A stretch of 35,251 nucleotides of DNA from a virus. A program made the translations under genes and the position numbers. The stretch spans positions 137,719-172,969 of IMG/VR virus record IMGVR_UViG_2757320370_000007; one strand, written 5' to 3'. Position 1 is the first letter of the stretch, and each line of letters begins with the position of its first letter. The notes below the pieces were generated by a model. That model was not told the origin of the DNA, made no database searches, and saw only the letters and a list, made by a program, of their open reading frames with translations. Shown here piece after piece: positions 28,593 through 35,251 of the stretch.

Positions 28593-29810
28593 GTGTATGA
28601 ATTTATGGTAACTTATACGATTCAACTCGAAGGCTGCTATAGTGGGAATTGCATAAGGCTGAATGAGTTAGAGCTTTATAATAAGATTGGTAAAATTAAT
28701 TACACTATTATTGATGCCTTTGATTCTAGAGTTGGCGCTGTACCTTATTATTGGAATCAAGGTACGACCTTCGGGAAAGCAGGATTGAACGATGGAAATA
28801 AGACATATGCTGCTGCAACTGCAATGGTTCTTTTATATAGTTCTAGCGCTCCAACTGTCACTCCATCAGATGGGAATTTTGTTAGAATTAGTGTAACGTG
28901 TACAGAAGCTCCTACTATTGTTATTTTGAATTTCACTGGCAGAAATTCTACAGTTGGTGGTGTTGCGAAGTATGTAACGCTGTTTCAAGATGGAGTTCTA
29001 TCCACAAAAGATAGCGGTACTGTAATTTTATCAAAAAAAATAATAGCAAATGAGTTTACTGAACAGACATTTGTTTCACATTCTAATAAATTCTTGATTT
29101 CATCAGGTGATGAGTATTTTCATTGTACTTCTTATTCAGAGTCTAATGATGTTATACCTGCAATGACTAGCAACAATTCACCTTATGGTATGGCTATTTC
29201 TAGTGGTGAATATGCCGGATATTTAGCCTGGAATGCATTTGACAAGTCTCCAATAACGCCAGATGCCACGAATTCATGGGTATCTGAAACCTTATCTGAG
29301 GGCTGGATTGGTTATGATTTTTTGATTCCAATTGTAATCGATAAATATACTATCACAGGTAGATCAGATGCGTATTACAACGTTTGTCCGAAAAATTGGA
29401 CATTTGAAGGTTCAAATGATGGGACAACTTGGATGGTATTGGATAAACAAGAAAACATAACAAACTGGAATGTTGAACAGATTAAAGTTTTCGCATTCAG
29501 TAATACAAAAAAATTTAAAATGTACAGACTAAAAGGAGAAAGTAATAATAGGGCAGAAAGATTGTTGGTCAAAGAACTGAAATTGGGACGACCAAATCAA
29601 GGTGATAAATTAATAAATATAGGAGGCGATATTACTGAAGATACTTTTTTGGGGAATGGTATGAATAATAACGACTTCATTGATCTTAATTCATTTTTTT
29701 ATGAGAAATCCTTTCTCTTATTTTCTTTTGCTCAAATTGGCTCAGGAAAAGTATTCAGAAAAACAATCGATACATCAAAAATACCAATTAAAAAAGCGAC
29801 AATCACATAG
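28593..29810 (+). CDS. Modular adhesin: unknown N-terminal domain plus F5/8 type C domain (start uncertain, GTG 28593 or ATG 28605)
   Basis: AWNAFD...GWIGYDF...PKNWTFEGSND...YRL; shared C-terminal IGSGKVF motif. Confidence 0.75.
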   Translation: MYEFMVTYTIQLEGCYSGNCIRLNELELYNKIGKINYTIIDAFDSRVGAVPYYWNQGTTFGKAGLNDGNKTYAAATAMVLLYSSSAPTVTPSDGNFVRISVTCTEAPTIVILNFTGRNSTVGGVAKYVTLFQDGVLSTKDSGTVILSKKIIANEFTEQTFVSHSNKFLISSGDEYFHCTSYSESNDVIPAMTSNNSPYGMAISSGEYAGYLAWNAFDKSPITPDATNSWVSETLSEGWIGYDFLIPIVIDKYTITGRSDAYYNVCPKNWTFEGSNDGTTWMVLDKQENITNWNVEQIKVFAFSNTKKFKMYRLKGESNNRAERLLVKELKLGRPNQGDKLINIGGDITEDTFLGNGMNNNDFIDLNSFFYEKSFLLFSFAQIGSGKVFRKTIDTSKIPIKKATIT

Positions 29811-29873
29811 TTATTTCTCATTAGAATGATTGTTCTATTTAGAATTTAGAAAAAATAAAAGAAGGTGATTTAT

Positions 29874-31937
29874 ATGATTAACACATTTAAGTTCCCTATT
29901 AATACTTCCGCTCCGTTTTCTGGGAACTCCTCTACAACGGTGGCACACAGACTTCGTTTTTCAAAAAACACCACTATCTCAGCTTTATATTGGTATAGGG
30001 GTAACACCACATACGCCCCGATTGTCACGCCTAGAATATACGAATTAAGTGGAAAGGTTATTGGTACAGGGAATGGAACTATAGAATCAAGTTTCCTATT
30101 GGGATGGTATAGATTACCTCTAACGACGCCTGTAGAGTTGATTGCAAACACAGATTATTTAATAGGTTGTTTTTTCAGTATTGGCGCTCCTATTGGATAT
30201 TCAAATCTTGCTGTTGGTAATTACACTTATGACATTGGTGGAGATTTATCCATGACCTTATCAGATGGACTATATTGGAGTAATGGAGGAAGTGGTGTTG
30301 ATGTTGTACCAATAAGGCAAGGTGGTGGGAATTTAATTTCTATTGGATTTGATGGTGTAAGCTACAATAGAAAGGTATTAGTTTTTAATAAAAATCAATA
30401 CAAAAAGTATACAAATACTTGGGAAAATATATCAACTAACCCCATAGAAAGCGACTATATTAGTGGGAATACGCTCGAACAATTAAGCCTTATACCCGAA
30501 TCCGCATGGTCACAACTAACAGGAAACGTTGAACTGTGTTATTACACCGATGATTCAACCAAAACAGAAGCACAATTTAATATTGAAACCACTCCCTTCA
30601 CTTTAGCAGAAGAATGGGAGGATAAAGAAATAAAAATAATTGAATACACCGATGATCCCAATCAATCAGAATCGACTATAACTTTAGAAACCGAACCATT
30701 CTCACTATATGATGAACTTGGTGATACTGTAGATGTTTTATACTACACTGACGATCCATCCAAAACATCAGCTAATCTAAATGTTACAGCCAACTACTCC
30801 CCTCTCGATGAGATTGTGGGAGATTTTGATGTTGTCACCTGGACAGATGATGAGGATATTGCTGTGGGTAATGAGCCAACTTTGGAATATGGCGCATTAC
30901 CATTTGAACAACTTATTATTCAGCCTTCAGATTTTTCGTCATATGGTACGGTTAAGTCATTTGTGGCAAGCAAAATTGGCGATGCAAGATTGAGATTTAT
31001 CACAAGTTTTGATTCAGGTACAACTTGGAAAATTTATCGTTTTGGCAAATGGAGATTAATTAATAAAGCTGATTTGCTTATTGTCAGAAAAAAAGGAATG
31101 AGCGTTGATGAATTAAATGTGATACCCGAAAAGGATTTAATTGGAGCAAATAGGTTAGGTTATTATCTGGATAACAGCATTCATAATAGTGCTGAAAATG
31201 TGCAGCTGGATTATGTCAAAGTTAGTTCGTTAGCTCCTACTCAGGATGTTAAGTTTAGCGATGTGGCATTTTATTTGCTCAACACTACGGCTACGATTCA
31301 AATAGCTCTACAGGGTAATAAGATTGTCGGAACCTTAGATGATACTGATACAGGTAGGGTCCAATACAGAGTTATTTTAAATGGTAATCCCTACTATCCT
31401 GCCTCTGGTGATTTCTCACCGTTGATGCCTTCCCCTTTAAATATTCGGTTGAATATCTCTGAAAAGGACGTAGTGTTTGGACAAGATAATACATTAAAGG
31501 TTGAGTTCCAGGATTATTGGGGTCAAACCGATTTCTGGCAAACAACTTTTGTTGGAACGTATTCTGGGATAATGTTCAAGGATGAGACAGGTCAATTTCT
31601 ATCAAACTCATTTGGAGAAATCTTGAAACACCTGGATTTCGGTGTGGTTATTGCTGGTCAAACCACATTAGAGCAAAAGGTGATTGTGAAGAACCAACTA
31701 GGAATCCAGGTTCAGAATCTAATCCTGGAAGTCCAAAAGGAGAAACTGCCTGAAGGAGTTAAAATTGAATTGTCTCGTTCAAACTTCCCGTTCACTCCAG
31801 AGGACCCATTGCTGTTTAACATGTTTTTTGACGAGAATGAAGAATTTGAATTTTATACTAGGATCTTAACCGACATTCAAGCTCCTCCAGCAGCCAATGG
31901 TGAGTTTGAAGTAAGAGCTAAAGCAGATCCAGTATGA
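29874..31937 (+). CDS. Large tail-associated protein: DUF4082-like N-terminal domain, acidic YTDD repeats, beta-rich C-terminus
   Basis: AAGGTG RBS; GWYRLPLTTPVEL-ANTDY; four (Y/W)TDD units at about 30530-30850. Confidence 0.65.
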   Translation: MINTFKFPINTSAPFSGNSSTTVAHRLRFSKNTTISALYWYRGNTTYAPIVTPRIYELSGKVIGTGNGTIESSFLLGWYRLPLTTPVELIANTDYLIGCFFSIGAPIGYSNLAVGNYTYDIGGDLSMTLSDGLYWSNGGSGVDVVPIRQGGGNLISIGFDGVSYNRKVLVFNKNQYKKYTNTWENISTNPIESDYISGNTLEQLSLIPESAWSQLTGNVELCYYTDDSTKTEAQFNIETTPFTLAEEWEDKEIKIIEYTDDPNQSESTITLETEPFSLYDELGDTVDVLYYTDDPSKTSANLNVTANYSPLDEIVGDFDVVTWTDDEDIAVGNEPTLEYGALPFEQLIIQPSDFSSYGTVKSFVASKIGDARLRFITSFDSGTTWKIYRFGKWRLINKADLLIVRKKGMSVDELNVIPEKDLIGANRLGYYLDNSIHNSAENVQLDYVKVSSLAPTQDVKFSDVAFYLLNTTATIQIALQGNKIVGTLDDTDTGRVQYRVILNGNPYYPASGDFSPLMPSPLNIRLNISEKDVVFGQDNTLKVEFQDYWGQTDFWQTTFVGTYSGIMFKDETGQFLSNSFGEILKHLDFGVVIAGQTTLEQKVIVKNQLGIQVQNLILEVQKEKLPEGVKIELSRSNFPFTPEDPLLFNMFFDENEEFEFYTRILTDIQAPPAANGEFEVRAKADPV

Positions 31938-31975
31938 TTTATGATCTCAATACAATGAGATAAGGAAGTGTGTAA

Positions 31976-33898
31976 GTGGATGAAATCGATGAAATAAGTA
32001 GTATTATCACTATTAAAAACAGACTCTCTAACCAAATGGCAGGGAGTTTTAAACTATATCGTCCGATGACAGATGATATAGAGGCTGAATTCATTGTTAA
32101 AAAGAGTACTGGTGACGACCTAAGAAGTATCATCGAAGTCAGAGTTGAAAAATATGCCGATGTTAACGCAACAATGGATATTATGTATCGAGGCAATAGC
32201 GATGCTGAGGGAGAAATAGAAGCCATTGCTGCAAACTACATAGATGGGTTAATTGAAGTAAGACCACATAATCGTATGTTTGGTAAGTTTGAATTAATGG
32301 GCGCTCCCAAAGTCAGTGTGACTCTCCCTCCTATTGCTGATGCAACTACAAGAAGTCGTGAGGATTTACGGACAATAAACTATGGTGATACTAGAAGTAT
32401 GTTGACTGGTAAAACCATAGATGAAGAATTTGGAGCATTTGTACAATTTGCTGATTTTGTAGAATCTATTCCTGATTTAAAGTTTATTGAATCAGCCAAG
32501 CTAAGATTATATTATACAAATGTACATTCTGAAGCAAATATTGAATTACATCAGCCCAATACTATATGGCGAGAATTAGGTATCACCGATGCCAATAAAC
32601 CTCAATCAGTTGAAAAGCTTAGTGATACATTCACGATCAATACTGTTCAGCGATATGTTGAATTTGATGTTAAAGATATCGCTAAAAGATGGCAGGATGG
32701 TACTTTAGATAATTATGGGTTTATTATCTCAACTAGTGATGATGTTCGATACACATTATTTACTCGGGAGTCAGATTATCCTCCTCAATTAATTGTTGAC
32801 TACATTACGTCACAGGTATTTAGCATAGGACGCAGTGAACTTGAGTGTGGAATATTTGTTTATGGTAAAGGCGATAGTGATTTGTCTGCTAGATTGACTG
32901 TAGATAGCGATGTAGGGATCAATAATATGGAATCCTATTTATATGTCCATCGTTCTGCTGATTTTATGCATAGTGATGTCGTAAGTAATATGCCAATTTC
33001 TAAACCAGACTTATTCTCTAGGATGACTGTACAGAGACGAGAGTTTACTGATTTAGAATCAGTGATAACGGTTGGCGTTCGAAGTATGACTGAAATTGAT
33101 TCAAGCATTGGTATTAGTATTCCAGATATAGACTCTTGGTTGACTGTTGATCCCAATATGTCATTGGCAAGTATTATTAATGTTCCAGCGCATGAGTATC
33201 TAGATTCATACATAGCCGTATCACAGCCCGACTTAAACGCTACGCTGACAGTCTCAGACCATACAAGGGTAAATAGTTATATGGATTCTGTACTAACCGT
33301 TAGAACCGAATATGAGTCCATTATAGACTCAACTATAGATGTATCTGTCAGAGATTTGGCTGGTCTCATAAGTATTAGAGGGATTGCTGAAACAGAGATG
33401 GATGGGATTCTACAAGTTCCAGACAGATACGATGTAGATAGTACACTGGGCTATTCTCATCCAGATATGAATGCCACTTTAACAATTAGAGCCATAGGTG
33501 ATAGTGGATTAGATGGTCTTATTGAGGTTCCATATTATGAGGACATGGATTCTACTTTTGGATACTCTCGTCCTGATTTGAATGCTATGTTGACCGTTAC
33601 ATATACTTCAGAGGTTGAGAGTGAGATATATGTTAAGGATAAAGAATACTTAAATTCAATGATTGATGTTAAGAACATTAGTGAAATGTCTGGTGTACTC
33701 ATGATCAAAGCTGTCAATCAGATTGATGGAGAAATGACCGTTAATAATCCTGAGTTGTTTGGGTATTTGATACCCAGAGTTACCGGAGACAGCGATTTGG
33801 TCGGACAGATGCTGATTAAGAAAAGGAACGTTGCAGACTTGAATAGCTATATTAGTGTTCGAGGTAAGGGAAATAGAAATTTTGTAATCATGTTTTAA
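31976..33898 (+). CDS. DNRLRE/CBM96-like domain protein with acidic beta-repeat stalk (putative fibre)
   Basis: LPPIADA...NYG...AKLRLY...W-E-GIT--N-P...FDV...W-DG---NYGF...RES---PQL-VDY; repeated D(L/M)(D/N)(S/A)-(L/I)-V units. Confidence 0.72.
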   Translation: MDEIDEISSIITIKNRLSNQMAGSFKLYRPMTDDIEAEFIVKKSTGDDLRSIIEVRVEKYADVNATMDIMYRGNSDAEGEIEAIAANYIDGLIEVRPHNRMFGKFELMGAPKVSVTLPPIADATTRSREDLRTINYGDTRSMLTGKTIDEEFGAFVQFADFVESIPDLKFIESAKLRLYYTNVHSEANIELHQPNTIWRELGITDANKPQSVEKLSDTFTINTVQRYVEFDVKDIAKRWQDGTLDNYGFIISTSDDVRYTLFTRESDYPPQLIVDYITSQVFSIGRSELECGIFVYGKGDSDLSARLTVDSDVGINNMESYLYVHRSADFMHSDVVSNMPISKPDLFSRMTVQRREFTDLESVITVGVRSMTEIDSSIGISIPDIDSWLTVDPNMSLASIINVPAHEYLDSYIAVSQPDLNATLTVSDHTRVNSYMDSVLTVRTEYESIIDSTIDVSVRDLAGLISIRGIAETEMDGILQVPDRYDVDSTLGYSHPDMNATLTIRAIGDSGLDGLIEVPYYEDMDSTFGYSRPDLNAMLTVTYTSEVESEIYVKDKEYLNSMIDVKNISEMSGVLMIKAVNQIDGEMTVNNPELFGYLIPRVTGDSDLVGQMLIKKRNVADLNSYISVRGKGNRNFVIMF

Positions 33899-33905
33899 AG
33901 GAACT

Positions 33906-33934
33906 AGAGAGGTGTCATTTGGCATCTCTCTTTT
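33906..33934 (+). terminator. Rho-independent terminator
   Basis: AGAGAGGTGTC-attt-GGCATCTCTCT followed by TTT. Confidence 0.75.
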
Positions 33935-33951
33935 ATTTTGGGGGAACTAAA

Positions 33952-34410
33952 TTGAAAGATTTTAATTTTAAACTATTGGCGAACAAAGACTACTCTTTTC
34001 TCTATGCGTTATCAGGTGCTGGAGGATCAATTTTGTCCTATTCGTTTGGAGGTTGGAGTGGACTATTGGAAATATTACTATTGATGTTTGCGATTGATTA
34101 TATTTCAGGTTGTGTTGCAAGTTTAAAATCTGGGAAAGGATTAAAAAGCAGTATTGGATTTTGGGGATTGATAAAGAAAGGCATGATGCTGTTAATGGTT
34201 CTATTGGGCCATAGAATTGATTTAGCCCTAAATATGAATCTGGTCATGAATGGCACAATTGTTTTTTGGATATCAAATGAATTAGTCAGTATATTTGAAA
34301 ATTATGGAAGGATGAAAATTAACATCCCTCCGATTTATAAAAAGATATTTACAATTTTCAAGGACAGGGCTGAAGCAGCAACAAAAGATGAAGATAAACC
34401 AGAACAATAA
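33952..34410 (+). CDS. Phage holin (Phage_holin_4_1 / toxin secretion-lysis family)
   Basis: FGGW...IDYISG...LKSSIGFWGLIKK...NELVSIFEN; TTG start after GGGGA. Confidence 0.9.
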   Translation: MKDFNFKLLANKDYSFLYALSGAGGSILSYSFGGWSGLLEILLLMFAIDYISGCVASLKSGKGLKSSIGFWGLIKKGMMLLMVLLGHRIDLALNMNLVMNGTIVFWISNELVSIFENYGRMKINIPPIYKKIFTIFKDRAEAATKDEDKPEQ

Positions 34411-34504
34411 AAGACAACATTATTGTATCGCCCTGCTTGAGCATCCACAGTAAAGTTGTCCCAAAGAAATTATATCATATAAATTGTAAAAGGAGATAGT
34501 CTAA

Positions 34505-35251
34505 ATGAAGGAAATAGTTTATTACAGTCAAAAAAATCCAAAATGGAAAAATACGATGTACTCCAGTCGCGGTGACACAACACAAACTATAGGAGCTTCT
34601 GCTTGTGGCCCCACAAGCGCTGCAATGGTTATTAGTACATTGACCAACAATGTTCTTCTTCCTACTATGGCAGCAAAATACGCTATTGAAAATGGGTTTC
34701 GTACAAGTAATGAGGGAACATCCTGGGGATTCTTCTCTAGCATCGCTGAAAAGCACGGATTGACCTGTTCCCAAACATCTGGGCTTAATGAGGTCAAAAC
34801 TGCTCTTTCTAAAGGAAAATTGGTTATCGCCTCCATGAAAAAAGGTCACTTTACAGGTGGTGGACACTATATCCTTCTTGTTGGCATCAACGGTGCCTGG
34901 ATTGATGTTTATGATCCCAACCATAGTAATAGAAGATATGGTTCAGATGGCCTTGTTGACCAAGGAGTCAAAGATGATGGAAAAGTTAAATCTAAAGAAT
35001 CAGTATTTAGTGCTGAGTGTAAACAGTATTGGATCTTCGATACTGTTAAAAAAGATGATACGAAAACAACACAATCAACAATAAAGGATGATGAAGAAGT
35101 GCAAACAGTAAAGATGATTCTGACCAAGGACAATAGTGTAGTTGAAGGATTCATGAAGGATAATGCTAACTATATTCCTGTAAGTGTCCTAAAGGAATTG
35201 GGTCATAGGGTTACTTGGGATAATGAGAATAAGAAATTGTATATTAGCTAA
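34505..35251 (+). CDS. Endolysin: C39-like cysteine peptidase plus C-terminal stalk-like binding domain
   Basis: YYSQ--P-W...ACGPTSAAMV...GHFTGGGHYILL...DP; NYIPVS---ELG--VTWD; follows the holin. Confidence 0.85.
   Translation: MKEIVYYSQKNPKWKNTMYSSRGDTTQTIGASACGPTSAAMVISTLTNNVLLPTMAAKYAIENGFRTSNEGTSWGFFSSIAEKHGLTCSQTSGLNEVKTALSKGKLVIASMKKGHFTGGGHYILLVGINGAWIDVYDPNHSNRRYGSDGLVDQGVKDDGKVKSKESVFSAECKQYWIFDTVKKDDTKTTQSTIKDDEEVQTVKMILTKDNSVVEGFMKDNANYIPVSVLKELGHRVTWDNENKKLYIS

Noticed and set aside
272-35154. Short antisense or alternative-frame ORFs in the track (e.g. 523..753, 2216..2590, 4318..4608, 15365..15553, 26034..26495, 34475..34924)
   Set aside because: They overlap longer well-supported genes, show no recognisable motifs, and look like shadow ORFs.
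1-35251. CRISPR array, tRNA or rRNA genes
   Set aside because: No regularly spaced repeats or recognisable tRNA/rRNA sequence seen by eye; tRNAscan was not run.

Overview
AT-rich tail, adsorption and lysis module of an SPbeta-like siphophage or prophage, probably from a Paenibacillus/Bacillales host. Order: partial DUF1617-like gene; tape measure protein (TMP, with NlpC/P60 domain); Tal/YomG-like tail tip; a ~4.6 kb accessory block (secreted ankyrin protein, two Bro-N/ANT antirepressors around an XRE regulator, zinc-ribbon membrane protein, PemK/MazF-like toxin-antitoxin pair); PAAR-like protein; a distal-tail (Dit) gene split in two around a carbohydrate-binding fibre gene; YomF-like protein; an array of modular adhesin genes (CLec-like, SPRY, F5/8 discoidin, DNRLRE); holin; C39-peptidase endolysin. 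The ORF track misses the main result: two structural-module genes are interrupted by group I introns whose splice sites can be placed from base pairing. Intron 1 (2034-3437) splits the TMP (spliced product 2409 aa) and carries a zinc-finger/Vsr-like homing endonuclease in P6. Intron 2 (22353-22699) has no ORF, has a covaried P7 and leaves a 19-nt terminal exon. Family assignments come from motif recognition and recall, not database searches.
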